Source of the DNA: an archaeon
GTDB taxonomy: Archaea; EX4484-52; B79-G9
DNA: 26,992 bases
Assembly: GCA_043813875.1 (NCBI GenBank)
Contig: JBDRKP010000061.1
Span: forward strand, 1 to 26,992
Reading direction: 5' to 3'
Part shown: one piece after another, positions 1 to 9,954 of the stretch
How the letters are laid out: each line of letters begins with the position of its first letter
Numbering within the stretch: position 1 is the first letter of the stretch
Position numbers and translations under genes: made by a program
The notes under the pieces: generated by a model
The model's database searches: none
Seen by the model: only the letters and a program-made list of their open reading frames with translations
Told to the model about the DNA's origin: nothing

Positions 1-163
1 CTTGTTTTTCAAAATAAGCAAGTTTTCAATTTCGCAAATAAACTTGCGAAATGCTCGGGAGCTTGCCACAAAGTGGCAAAGATATGGGAATTCAACATTT
101 TTTGAGCTAGCTCAAAAAGCTTGGCATGATTAATGCCATGAGTCATCAAAAGTTGTTGAATTC
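1..163. repeat. Cluster of tandem/nested inverted repeats (REP/MITE-like or structured RNA)
   Basis: Hairpins at 1-22, 29-52 (ATTTCGCAA/TTGCGAAAT) and 63-79 (TTGCCAC/GTGGCAA). Outer stem 88-97/154-163 (GAATTCAACA/TGTTGAATTC) encloses a perfect 20-bp palindrome at 99-118 and a hairpin at 122-138. Confidence 0.7.
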
Positions 164-174
164 ACTATATATAG

Positions 175-223
175 GTGTCCAACATATTGGAAGCTTTATA
201 TAGATAAGTGTCCAATATATTGG
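175..223 (+). promoter_or_regulatory. TATA box flanked by two repeated palindromic boxes (putative operator pair)
   Basis: GTGTCCAACATATTGG (175-190) and GTGTCCAATATATTGG (208-223), 33 bp apart, flank TTTATATA (195-202). ATG at 225 fits a leaderless start. Confidence 0.6.
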
Positions 224-224
224 T

Positions 225-1514
225 ATGTCATTCGAAGCCCTGATGGAATGGAACCCCTGGTGGGCGCTAAAGAACGTGCCGGACGCCCTTAAAGGAAAAG
301 AGCGCGAAACCACAAAAAAGATAGAAGAATTCCTCAATCTACGCCACATAAAGATAATTGCAGGAATTCGGCGCAGCGGGAAGTCCACAATACTGTACCA
401 GATAATAAGCAGGCTGATAGAGACAGGAACAGACCCGAAATCAATACTCTACATAAATTTCGAAGACGAAAGCCTGATGACCCTTGATTTTGACAAAATA
501 ATAGAGATATACATACAGAAACTAAAAACAGACACAAAAGACACATACCTCTTCCTTGACGAGATACAGAACAGGCCAAGATGGGAATTCTGGGTCAAAA
601 CCAATTACGATCAGAGGAAATTCAGGCAGATATTTGCCTCCGGCTCCTCGTCGCTTCTCTTGTCATCAGATTACGCAACACTGCTGACCGGAAGAGAGCT
701 GACATTCACCGTATATCCCTTATCATTCAGGGAATTCCTGAGATTCAAAAACCTTGACACAGAGCTGATATCAAAAGAAAAAAAAGCAGAGATAAAAGGT
801 TATCTGGACGAATACATAAGATACGGGGGATTTCCGGAGATTTCGCTTGAACCTTTGAAAAAGCACGAGATACTCACAGAATACTATTCAGCGATACTTG
901 AAAAAGACATAATTTACCGCTACAAGCTTGAAGCAGACAAAGTCAGGAATCTTTCAAGATACCTCCTCGGCAACATATCAAACACCCACAGCTACAGGTC
1001 ACTTGGAGGAGTTGCAAACTTGTCTCCCACCACAGTATCAACCTATCTTGCCTGTATTGAAAATTCGTTCCTAATATTCCAGGTCAATGCGCACTCATAC
1101 AAAATAAAAGAGCAGCTCCAGTACCCGCGAAAAATATACTGCATTGACACAGGCCTCAGGAACGCGGTATCATTCCGGTTCGCAGAAGACACGGGACGAT
1201 TGATGGAAAACATTGTTTTGATTGAACTGAAAAGAATGAACAAAGAGACATATTACTGGAAAGACAGCGAAAATGAAGTAGATTTCCTGATAAAAGACAA
1301 CCTGAAGCCAAAAGAGCTCATACAGGTCTGCCACGACATATCTGACGAGAAGACCAGGAAGCGGGAGATAAAAGCACTGGTGAGATGCGCAAAGGAATTC
1401 TCCTTAAAAGAAGGACTGATAATAACATCAGATCACGAAGAAGAAACAACCATAGATAGCATACGTATAAAAATAGTGCCTATGTGGCAATGGCTCCTGC
1501 AGAATAAAATCTAA
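225..1514 (+). CDS. AAA_14 / DUF4143 family ATP-binding protein
   Basis: N-terminal NPWW, Walker A GIRRSGKS, Walker B FLDEIQ, GSSS, GGFPE, KIYCIDTG, and C-terminal MEN...EVDF...IQV nuclease-like motif. Confidence 0.9.
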   Translation: MSFEALMEWNPWWALKNVPDALKGKERETTKKIEEFLNLRHIKIIAGIRRSGKSTILYQIISRLIETGTDPKSILYINFEDESLMTLDFDKIIEIYIQKLKTDTKDTYLFLDEIQNRPRWEFWVKTNYDQRKFRQIFASGSSSLLLSSDYATLLTGRELTFTVYPLSFREFLRFKNLDTELISKEKKAEIKGYLDEYIRYGGFPEISLEPLKKHEILTEYYSAILEKDIIYRYKLEADKVRNLSRYLLGNISNTHSYRSLGGVANLSPTTVSTYLACIENSFLIFQVNAHSYKIKEQLQYPRKIYCIDTGLRNAVSFRFAEDTGRLMENIVLIELKRMNKETYYWKDSENEVDFLIKDNLKPKELIQVCHDISDEKTRKREIKALVRCAKEFSLKEGLIITSDHEEETTIDSIRIKIVPMWQWLLQNKI

Positions 1515-1518
1515 TCTC

Positions 1519-2955
1519 TCAGCACCCCTTCTTATCCTTCTTCCTGATCTCCCCGATAGACTTCAGCGTATCATCCTTCATCGGGATAAGATACTCGCCG
1601 GTGATGCAGGCAGTACACAGGTGATCGATTCCGATCGCCTTCTTCAGGCCATCCACTGTCTGGTACGTAAGACTATCAGCCTTCAGGATCTCATCAATCT
1701 CCTCAATCGTATGATTATAAGCGATAAGCTCCTCGTAAGTCGGCATATCGATCCCGTAGATACACGGGTTGATAACCGGCGGACAGGATGAAAGGAGATG
1801 CACCTCAACCGCCCCGGCATTCCGAAGCAGCTCAACCAGCTTCCTTGAAGTCGTCCCGCGCACGATACTGTCATCTACAAGAGCGATCTTCTTGCCCTTG
1901 ATCTCAGAAGAGATCGGATTGATCTTAAGGCGCATGGCATTGACCCTCTCAGCCTGGGTAGACATGATAAACGTACGCCCTATATACCTGTTCTTGATAA
2001 GCCCCTCCCTATATTTCACACCAATATTGTTCGCAAAAGCAAGCGCCGCAGTCCGCGACGTATCAGGAGCCGCAATGACAGTATCAATATCCTTCTTCGA
2101 CCATTGTTCAGCAAGCTCGCGTCCGAGCGCAAGCCGTGCCTCATAGACACTCTCATGATCAAGGACAGAATCAGGCCTTGCAAAATACACATATTCAAAC
2201 ATGCAATGCCCCTTCTTCTTCACCTTCTGAAGGATGCGCCGCGTGACATTCATATCCATATCGACAAGAATAGCCTCACCGGAACTGACATCGCATATAA
2301 CCTTATGATTCAGGACATCAATCGCCACACTCTCCGAAGCGAAAATATAGCTATCAGGGGAGCCATCCATGCTCTTGCCGAACACAAGCGGCCTGATGCC
2401 ATAAGGATCGCGGATAGCAAGCAGCCCCACACCCTCGATCATGACGACAAGCGAATAGCTGCCAGAAACCCTTTTCATCATGCATTCAGTAGCCGTAAAT
2501 ACATGTTCTGCAGTAATTTTCCCGCGCCCTGAGACCTTCTTCAGCTCAAGCTTAAAGACACCAAGAATAGCCTCAAGATCAGAATTAGAATAGATACTGA
2601 TATTATTATCCCACAGGTAATCAACAAGCTCAGGCGTATTTATAGTATTCCCGTTGCTCGCCATAGCGATATTCACAGGAATCTTCACCTCAAACGGCTG
2701 GCAGTTCTTACCGGTATTCGTCCCGGCCGTCGTATACCTTACATGCCCTATGCCGATATTCCCCTTGAGCTCAGCAATATCCATCGCGCTAAAAACATCA
2801 CTGACAAGCCCGACATCCTTCTTGAGGCGCATCTTCTTGCCGTCATGCACGGTTATCCCGCACGCATCCTGCCCCCTGTGCTGAAGGGAAAGAAGGCCCG
2901 CATAAATATCAGGAGCAACATCCTTCGAACCGATAATACCTATAATCCCACACAT
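1519..2955 (-). CDS. purF: Amidophosphoribosyltransferase
   Basis: N-terminal MCGIIG (Ntn nucleophile Cys), LQHRGQD, GHVRYTT, CMFEYVYFARPDS, PRPP motif VDDSIVRGTT. Confidence 0.97.
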   Translation of the reverse strand: MCGIIGIIGSKDVAPDIYAGLLSLQHRGQDACGITVHDGKKMRLKKDVGLVSDVFSAMDIAELKGNIGIGHVRYTTAGTNTGKNCQPFEVKIPVNIAMASNGNTINTPELVDYLWDNNISIYSNSDLEAILGVFKLELKKVSGRGKITAEHVFTATECMMKRVSGSYSLVVMIEGVGLLAIRDPYGIRPLVFGKSMDGSPDSYIFASESVAIDVLNHKVICDVSSGEAILVDMDMNVTRRILQKVKKKGHCMFEYVYFARPDSVLDHESVYEARLALGRELAEQWSKKDIDTVIAAPDTSRTAALAFANNIGVKYREGLIKNRYIGRTFIMSTQAERVNAMRLKINPISSEIKGKKIALVDDSIVRGTTSRKLVELLRNAGAVEVHLLSSCPPVINPCIYGIDMPTYEELIAYNHTIEEIDEILKADSLTYQTVDGLKKAIGIDHLCTACITGEYLIPMKDDTLKSIGEIRKKDKKGC

Positions 2956-3794
2956 CAGAATCGCCTCTTTATATGATCAAGAACAGATGAAAATACAGCA
3001 ACCCCGGGCCCGTCTTCACTGCGTGTTTCCCCGCCATACCATCTCTGGAGCGTATACTTGCTAATAACTCTCTCAGGATGCGGCATCATGCCAAACACAT
3101 TGCCCTCCGGATTAGAGATACCTGCGATATTGAAGAGCGAGCCGTTCGGATTCCACGGATAATCCTCATTGAAATTGCCCTCATCATCAACATACCGGAA
3201 CACAATCTGGTCATTCGCCACAAGCTCGCGAAGTATCTCATCCTTCTGCTCAAGCGGCAGCGTGAAATTACCCTCGCCATGCGCAACAGGCATCTCAAGA
3301 ACCGCCCCTTTAGGTATATTTTTCGTCCATGCGCACTTGCCCTTTGAGACATGCTTCAAAAGAACATGCCTGCACTCGAAATGCGAAGACGCATTCTGCC
3401 GCAGCACCGCATCAGGATAATCAGGGACAATCTCCTTCCCTCCAGGCAGCAGCCCAAGCTCGACAATCACCTGGAACCCATTGCATATCCCGCCGACCGG
3501 ATAACCCTCCCTGACGAACCGGACAATATCATCCTTGAGTCCCGCCTTAAGCCTCGCCGCCCAGATAGCCCCTGCGCGCACATAATCCCCTGCAGAAAAC
3601 CCGCCAGGAAAGACGATGCACTGGTAATCATCAATCTTCCTCTTCATATCATGAGTTATATCCTTCTTCAGGAACTGGTTTATATGGACGATCTCAGGCC
3701 GGGCACCAAGCATTGAGAACGCATCAGAAGTAGCGGCTTCATTATTCGTGCCCTCCATCACCATCACAGCAACCTTGATATCGTTTACCTTCAT
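2955..3794 (-). CDS. purQ: Phosphoribosylformylglycinamidine synthase subunit PurQ (glutaminase)
   Basis: PGGFSAGD, GICNGFQ (catalytic Cys), AHGEG, NPNGS, GMMPHPER. Confidence 0.96.
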   Translation of the reverse strand: MKVNDIKVAVMVMEGTNNEAATSDAFSMLGARPEIVHINQFLKKDITHDMKRKIDDYQCIVFPGGFSAGDYVRAGAIWAARLKAGLKDDIVRFVREGYPVGGICNGFQVIVELGLLPGGKEIVPDYPDAVLRQNASSHFECRHVLLKHVSKGKCAWTKNIPKGAVLEMPVAHGEGNFTLPLEQKDEILRELVANDQIVFRYVDDEGNFNEDYPWNPNGSLFNIAGISNPEGNVFGMMPHPERVISKYTLQRWYGGETRSEDGPGVAVFSSVLDHIKRRF

Positions 3795-3805
3795 TCAAAA
3801 CACCA

Positions 3806-6142
3806 TTACCCGACAATCTTTCTTATGCCTTCATCCCACGCCCTGCACACGGCAACTGAATCAGCATCAATCAGCTTCTTTTTGCCATCAGACACGACAA
3901 GCTTCCCGTCACCCGTCACCTTCCCGATAAAGTAGAAAGGCACATCATTCTGTTTCATGGTCTTCAGAAAAGCATCTGCATCCGCTACCTCGGCAACGAA
4001 ACGCGTATTAGACTCTGAAAACAGCTTGAAATCGCTCCTCAACTTCCCCATAGCGGAAATATCAGCTGAAGCTCCAAGCCCGCCCGACCCGATAATCATC
4101 TCTGCAAGCGCCACCGCAATCCCCCCGTCAGAGACATCATGGCACGCGACAACCGCTCCCGACTCGATTGAAGAAACAACCGATTCGCACGACCTTTTCA
4201 GGAGATCAACATCAACGCGCGGCACGACCCCGCCGCTCACGCCGGAAAGCCGGCAATATTCAGACCCGCCAAGCTCTTTTTTCGTCTCGCCCACGACATA
4301 CAGCCGGTTGCCGTCCTTCTTGAGCTCCACAGTACATGTCTTACGTATATCATCAACCATCCCTATGCCAAAAATCGTAGGCGTCGGCAGGATCGACCCC
4401 TCGACACCCTCGTTATACAAAGAGACATTGCCTGACACAAAAGGAACACCAATACCCTTTGCCACAAAGCCGAGCCCCCGCACGCTTTCATGAAAGACCC
4501 CCATGCGGTCCGCCTTTTCCGGGTTCCCGAAATTCAGGTTGTCGGCAAACGAATGCGCCCTCGCCCCGACAGCCGCAAGATTCCTGCATGCCTCATCCAT
4601 GGCCGAAGCGCTCCCCCAGTAAGGATTCATCCCGACCATCCTCGGATTCACGTCACATGTCACCGCAAGCCCGCGATAAGAATTGCTAAGCGGCCTGAGC
4701 ACAGCAGCATCGCCATGCGTCGTCCTGTTGATCTTCCCGACAAGAGGCTTCACCACAGTGGACGCCATGATCTCATGGTCATAGACCCTGACAATATCCT
4801 CCCTGCTCGCTATATTAAGGCTCGAAAGAAGATCAAGAAGCATCTTATTATAATCCCTGGGCTCTGCCACATCCGGCTCGCTCTCATCGATCTTCGGGAG
4901 CTTCATAGGCCGGTCATAGAGCGGCGCCTCGACAAGGAAATCGATATCCATATCAAATATCTTCTCGCCATTGCAGTCAATGGCCAGATTCCTGCTCTTC
5001 GTGACCTCGCCGATCACGCTCGCCTCGACATCCCACACATTGCAAAGATCAAGCAATTTCTTTACGTCCTCACGCTTCACAGTAACCATCATGCGCTCCT
5101 GCGACTCAGATACCCATATCTCCCATGGCGCCATATTTTCTTCCTTTAGAGGAACCAACTCAAGATCAATACGGGCCCCAAGCCCGACAGGCTGCGCCAT
5201 CTCGCCGACCACGCACGAAAGCCCTCCTCCGCCAAGATCCTTCATCCCTGTAAGCAGCCCCTTCCTGTTCGCCTCAAGGCAGACGTGGATAAGGGGCTCC
5301 TTTATGATAGGCTGTCCCACCTGGACAGCGCTCCTGCCCGAAGTCTCGGAATCCTCGGAAAGTTCGACAGACGCGAAAGTCACCCCGTGGATTCCGTCGC
5401 GCCCGGTCCTGCCCCCGAGAATCACATAGACATCACCGGCACCTCCGGCATAGCTGTGTATCAACTCATCTTTCTTCATGAATCCAAGACACCCCACATT
5501 CACAAGGCAGTTGGTGAGATAAGAGTCATCAAAATAAACCATCCCCCCGACATTCGGGATGCCTACCTGGTTGCCGTAATCACGGATACCGGAAATGACT
5601 CCCGAATACAGGAACCTGGGATGCTTCGTCCCGCGGGGGATCTTTTTAGAATAATCAAGCGGCGCAAAAAACAGCGGATCAAGAACACATATAGGCTGCG
5701 CACCCATGCACACGATATCCCTTAATATTCCCCCGACACCGGTCGCTGCGCCTCCATGCGGCTCGACAGCAGACGGGTGGTTATGCGACTCGAAACCCAC
5801 GACATAAGCATGCTCCTCGTCAAACTCGACGACACCTGCATCCTCCTTGATCACAGAGATGTTCTGCGGCGCCTCTATCCCGAACACGAACTTCTTGAGA
5901 ATCTTTTTAGACGACTTATAAGAGCAGTGCTCGCTCCATGCCTGCCCGAGCGCCTGCAGCTCGATATCAGTCGGGTTTCGCCCTATTTTGGAAAAATAAT
6001 CGCGCACGCGCCTCATCTCATCAAGCGAAAGACCGACACCTGCCTCTCGGCTTATAGCCATAAGGTCATGATCAGTAGCCTTAAGCACATCGACCTCATA
6101 CAGCTCGCACTTCACATCTCTTCTGGTGAACAGCGCACTCAT
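3806..6142 (-). CDS. purL: Phosphoribosylformylglycinamidine synthase subunit PurL
   Basis: WSEHCSYKSS, ESHNHPSAVEP, GAATGVGG, DLGGGG, SESQERM, HDVSDGG. Confidence 0.97.
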   Translation of the reverse strand: MSALFTRRDVKCELYEVDVLKATDHDLMAISREAGVGLSLDEMRRVRDYFSKIGRNPTDIELQALGQAWSEHCSYKSSKKILKKFVFGIEAPQNISVIKEDAGVVEFDEEHAYVVGFESHNHPSAVEPHGGAATGVGGILRDIVCMGAQPICVLDPLFFAPLDYSKKIPRGTKHPRFLYSGVISGIRDYGNQVGIPNVGGMVYFDDSYLTNCLVNVGCLGFMKKDELIHSYAGGAGDVYVILGGRTGRDGIHGVTFASVELSEDSETSGRSAVQVGQPIIKEPLIHVCLEANRKGLLTGMKDLGGGGLSCVVGEMAQPVGLGARIDLELVPLKEENMAPWEIWVSESQERMMVTVKREDVKKLLDLCNVWDVEASVIGEVTKSRNLAIDCNGEKIFDMDIDFLVEAPLYDRPMKLPKIDESEPDVAEPRDYNKMLLDLLSSLNIASREDIVRVYDHEIMASTVVKPLVGKINRTTHGDAAVLRPLSNSYRGLAVTCDVNPRMVGMNPYWGSASAMDEACRNLAAVGARAHSFADNLNFGNPEKADRMGVFHESVRGLGFVAKGIGVPFVSGNVSLYNEGVEGSILPTPTIFGIGMVDDIRKTCTVELKKDGNRLYVVGETKKELGGSEYCRLSGVSGGVVPRVDVDLLKRSCESVVSSIESGAVVACHDVSDGGIAVALAEMIIGSGGLGASADISAMGKLRSDFKLFSESNTRFVAEVADADAFLKTMKQNDVPFYFIGKVTGDGKLVVSDGKKKLIDADSVAVCRAWDEGIRKIVG

Positions 6143-6384
6143 TCAAACCTCACCGTATAGTCATTTACCACCGGATTGATCAAAAGTCTCATGCACATGC
6201 TATCGATCTGGGCCTTTGCAGCATCCTTGCTTGGCGCATCAAGCGTAATCTCGAACACCTTTGATGTCCGGACATCAGAAACCGCAGAAAAACCGAGGAG
6301 CTCAAGCGCCTTTTTAGTATTCAGCCCTTCCGGATCAAGAATACCTTTTTTCAACCGGATAGTAACAAAAGCGTTATACTTCAT
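6139..6384 (-). CDS. purS: Phosphoribosylformylglycinamidine synthase subunit PurS (81 aa)
   Basis: LKKGILDPEG and LLINPVVNDY motifs. Start moved to ATG 6384, which has GGTGA 4 nt upstream. Overlaps the purL start. Confidence 0.93.
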   Translation of the reverse strand: MKYNAFVTIRLKKGILDPEGLNTKKALELLGFSAVSDVRTSKVFEITLDAPSKDAAKAQIDSMCMRLLINPVVNDYTVRFE

Positions 6385-6545
6385 ACAATCACCCACATAG
6401 TCCATATAAACAGAACAATGAAACTCCAACAAACAAGATAGATAAGATTATCTCGCCGATATTGAACTATTCTTCAATCAAATATTTAAATGCAACTCAG
6501 GAAAGGTTTAAAAATATTATAATTCCATTATATTAAGACGAATTT

Positions 6546-6899
6546 TCAAGTTCCGGTTTCTAGACAATTCGGACTATATGCATAAATAGTAGGTTCTTTT
6601 TCTTCTAGAGATACCCAACCCACAGATTCATTAGATCCTATAAGCTTAGAATCAACAAGCATTCTATGCACAGATCCCAATTCATCTGAAGTAAATGCAT
6701 TCACATCCAAACACTCACCCCTCATATGCTGTTTCATTGTATTTTTCACAGCATATCCGACTAAAAGCAACTTTTTTTCAGGCGCTCTGTAAGTCACGAT
6801 CTTATCTGAAATTCCATCACACTCATCAGACGCCACCATCACAACACTACCTGAGGACACTGGAATCAATTTATTTCCTTGATAATTAAAACAAGTCAT
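6546..6899 (-). CDS. Hypothetical protein (117 aa)
   Basis: AT-rich ORF with GGTGGTGA SD 4 nt before ATG. No recognisable motif. Confidence 0.6.
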   Translation of the reverse strand: MTCFNYQGNKLIPVSSGSVVMVASDECDGISDKIVTYRAPEKKLLLVGYAVKNTMKQHMRGECLDVNAFTSDELGSVHRMLVDSKLIGSNESVGWVSLEEKEPTIYAYSPNCLETGT

Positions 6900-7041
6900 C
6901 TAATCACCACCATAACTGATTTTAAACTCAATTGCAAGCCTTCTGTTTAATGCCATAAATTCTCAGATTAGCAAAATTATAGTTGATGTCGTTACTCGCT
7001 GGACAAATATAACCAATGAACCGATAGACATCAATCTATAT

Positions 7042-7077
7042 GTAAACGTCATTAGTCTAAAAAGTTATGACGTTTAC
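7042..7077. promoter_or_regulatory. Perfect 11-bp inverted repeat (terminator/processing hairpin or regulator site)
   Basis: GTAAACGTCAT (7042-7052) N14 ATGACGTTTAC (7067-7077), just downstream of the 7087 stop. Confidence 0.45.
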
Positions 7078-7086
7078 TATATTTAG

Positions 7087-7524
7087 TTAAAATTCATAAG
7101 TTTCATGAAATCCTCCGGGGCGAGACTTTACTGCAGGTCTGCTTTTTTCTGATTGATAATACTCCATTAAAGTTGAAACTGACTCAAGTAAAAGAAAAAA
7201 TGGTTTGCCGAAAGTACCGTTTTCTTTTACTTTTGTATTATTTTGTAACTCATCTAAATGACTGGTTACAGAGCTTCTGTATTCTTCAGGGATTGTATTT
7301 TCAGCACTATCCCTTGATAGACCCTTAAAATTTTTGAATACATCAAGTCTGCCTATTGCTTCGCTATTAAGATAGAAGAATGCCTCAACTTCACTAGACA
7401 TTGTGTGCCCATTATTCATAATTTTATTTCTACATAAATCAAGCGAAAACCCATCGTTATACACAATATTGGAATTATATGGACCCACTCCATTGTAATC
7501 AATTTTAATATTTTTGATTCCCAT
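7087..7524 (-). CDS. Hypothetical protein (145 aa)
   Basis: AT-rich ORF. Start moved to ATG 7524, with GAGGTGA 5 nt upstream. No recognisable motif. Confidence 0.65.
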   Translation of the reverse strand: MGIKNIKIDYNGVGPYNSNIVYNDGFSLDLCRNKIMNNGHTMSSEVEAFFYLNSEAIGRLDVFKNFKGLSRDSAENTIPEEYRSSVTSHLDELQNNTKVKENGTFGKPFFLLLESVSTLMEYYQSEKSRPAVKSRPGGFHETYEF

Positions 7525-7657
7525 TTTTATCACCTCATATTCAACCACGTTAGCGCAGTTGTTATCACACAGTAGTATTACCTACAATATATAATTAATC
7601 GAATTATTTTTTATCAAAAGGAAAGATTTATATAGAATAATAACCACATGATAAAAT

Positions 7658-8680
7658 ATGACTGAAAACAATCAAAATTATGACATTCCCTTAAAAGTCC
7701 TTACAATAAAAGACAGGAAAATCCTAAAAGAACTATTCGAGAATGGAAGAACCCCATTTTCAGTCATTGCAAAGCGGGTGGGCTTAAGCAAAGAAGTTGT
7801 GAATTACAGGGTAAAGAAACTAATAGATAATGGAATATTGTTAGGATTCAATACAGTTATCAATGTAAATAAACTTAGCTGGCAAATCTATTTCATCAAT
7901 ATCCGATTGAGAAATATAGATGATGCTGTTGAACAAGAGATTATCAAATTAATGACGAATCACCCAAACATTGCGCAAGTACTAAAATGCATGGGAAATT
8001 ACGACCTGATATTGAAAGTATTTGTTAAGGATTATATTGAAGTAAATAATCTGATGAAAAATATAGAAATAAGATTTAAGACACACATTGACGAATACGC
8101 AATTGATTTTGTTGAAAATGAACATCCAATACCCGTGCCATTTTTATATGAGCCGTTCAAGATCAACGAACACCAAAGCATACCTAAAAAAGACACAACA
8201 CCAGTCCCTGTTTTAAAAACAGACCTAGAGATATTAAAAGCACTGTCAAATGATGCAAGAATGCCGATTGCAGATATCGCAAAAAAAATAAACATGTCAG
8301 GAGAACTTACAAGATATCACTTAAAAAAACTTGAAAATAACAACCTGATAATAAAATACAGGCCAAGCGCATGGTCAGGAAGTAAATCCATAGGATATAG
8401 CTGGTATATAGTCATGCTAAAATTGAATGAAATAAACAGGATCGCACAAAAAAAATTACAATCATACATTATAAATAACCCCAATATGACCTATTACTAC
8501 AAATGCATAGGCCAGCACGACATTATGTTTGAAATCAGGCTAAAGACAAGTGATGAGCTTAACAAAGTACTGATGGACATAAGAAGCATATTAAAAAATG
8601 ATCTTAAATCGCATGAATTATCAATTATCTTAAAAGAATACAAATACACTTATTTTCCCGATTGCTTGCTCGAAAAATAA
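7658..8680 (+). CDS. Tandem (duplicated) Lrp/AsnC family transcriptional regulator
   Basis: Two wHTH-RAM modules: DRKILKELFENGRTPFSVIAKRVGLSKEVVNYRVKKL...GNYDL and DLEILKALSNDARMPIADIAKKINMSGELTRYHLKKL...GQHDI. Confidence 0.9.
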   Translation: MTENNQNYDIPLKVLTIKDRKILKELFENGRTPFSVIAKRVGLSKEVVNYRVKKLIDNGILLGFNTVINVNKLSWQIYFINIRLRNIDDAVEQEIIKLMTNHPNIAQVLKCMGNYDLILKVFVKDYIEVNNLMKNIEIRFKTHIDEYAIDFVENEHPIPVPFLYEPFKINEHQSIPKKDTTPVPVLKTDLEILKALSNDARMPIADIAKKINMSGELTRYHLKKLENNNLIIKYRPSAWSGSKSIGYSWYIVMLKLNEINRIAQKKLQSYIINNPNMTYYYKCIGQHDIMFEIRLKTSDELNKVLMDIRSILKNDLKSHELSIILKEYKYTYFPDCLLEK

Positions 8681-8782
8681 CAGGGGTCTTGGTTTTCATC
8701 CATAACTACCTGGAAATATTCCTTGCCATCGTCATGAAAATATGAGAGATCTGTAAAAGAGCCGCTACCTATCAAAAGAAGC

Positions 8783-9886
8783 TCATACAATTATTTCATC
8801 CAATTTGTTCTTCCTGACCGCATCCTTGACCTCAAGCGCGATCCTTCTCCCGCACGACATCGGCTTGCCATAAAAGAGGTGAGAATAGGGCGACTCCTTC
8901 GCATAGACATTAGTCCCGGCGACAATCCGTGCGCTTATCTCAAACACCTTCACTTCAAGATCCGGCGTGACGACAGTCTCAAGGCAGAAAGGCCCGTTCA
9001 TGCCAGGCGAAAAAAGCTCTGCTGAAGCATCGACAACTCTTTTTCCCATCTCAAGCACATGAGGCAGAAGCGATTCTCTCAGGACGCAGCCAGTATTGCC
9101 TGTCACAGTATAGCCGGGGACAACTCCTGCTTTCGCCATCTCTGCATTGGTCATGCCAAGCCGGTGCAACTCATCGATATTGCTCTCATCGCGCCTGTCG
9201 ACACCCGTAAGTTCGACTGCCCCAAGCCTACACTTATACCCGGAATCGCTGATAGGGCTATAGAAAAAATGCATATAATACCTGACACCGACAAGATACT
9301 CCTGTATCGTCGTGTTCTCAGTCACGAGGCCGCGCTTCTTGATCTGTTCATAATACTCCTTTGAACCTGACACCTTGAAATACCCAGCGCCGCCCTTCGC
9401 CCCGTCGAACTTGACAATCGAAAGGCAATCAATATCATCAGGGCTCAAAAACACCCGCGGCATCGAAAGCCCGGCAGTATCATAAAGCCAATGCCTCTCC
9501 TTCTTCCGGTCACCTTCCCAGTCAAGCACAGCCCTGTTGCCGATCATCGGCACATAAAGCTTGTCCTCTATATTCTTCGGCCCGAGATACTCGACAAACG
9601 ACCCGTGCGGCACAAGGATGACATTCATGGAAATAAGCTTATCCTGCATCTCTGGCTTAAGTATATCCTTGATGCTGTCGACAACAACAAACTCGTCCGG
9701 GCATGCGTGAGGAAACGCCTTATAAGTATCCACTCGGTCCTTTGTACAGATGCCGACAGTCTGAAATCCTTCATCGCGCGCCCCCGCAAATATCTGCAGC
9801 GCAGAATGCGAACACACAGTCCCGATCTTGATCTTCTTCTTATCATACTTCAAAAGATGCCCATGTATCACAGAAAGTGGAATCAT
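8783..9886 (-). CDS. purP: FAICAR synthetase, formate-dependent (archaeal PurP family, ATP-grasp)
   Basis: CSHSALQI, VPHGSFVEY, GAKGG, GPFCLET, FEISARIVAGTN, MSCGRRIA. Confidence 0.92.
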   Translation of the reverse strand: MIPLSVIHGHLLKYDKKKIKIGTVCSHSALQIFAGARDEGFQTVGICTKDRVDTYKAFPHACPDEFVVVDSIKDILKPEMQDKLISMNVILVPHGSFVEYLGPKNIEDKLYVPMIGNRAVLDWEGDRKKERHWLYDTAGLSMPRVFLSPDDIDCLSIVKFDGAKGGAGYFKVSGSKEYYEQIKKRGLVTENTTIQEYLVGVRYYMHFFYSPISDSGYKCRLGAVELTGVDRRDESNIDELHRLGMTNAEMAKAGVVPGYTVTGNTGCVLRESLLPHVLEMGKRVVDASAELFSPGMNGPFCLETVVTPDLEVKVFEISARIVAGTNVYAKESPYSHLFYGKPMSCGRRIALEVKDAVRKNKLDEIIV

Positions 9887-9954
9887 AAAGATATAATGGC
9901 ATATCTACTTTATTAAATTTAAGTCCAAAAAGACCCGGGCACACGAAGAAATTT

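Noticed and set aside
1683..6400. Many antisense and alternate-frame ORFs of 60-220 aa over the pur genes (and similarly elsewhere)
   Set aside because: They overlap well-supported genes and show no motifs or SD sequences. They are shadow ORFs.
6385..6490. Possible purine or ZTP riboswitch in the purS leader
   Set aside because: Only short AT-rich hairpins are present, without the conserved purine or ZTP aptamer nucleotides.
7042..7077. Inverted repeat as an integron attC site between two orphan ORFs
   Set aside because: At 36 bp it is too short, and the ends do not fit RYYYAAC/GTTRRRY.
8681..8782. Protein-like open stretch on the minus strand after purP
   Set aside because: Short, no SD-supported start and no motif. 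It may be a remnant but cannot be supported.
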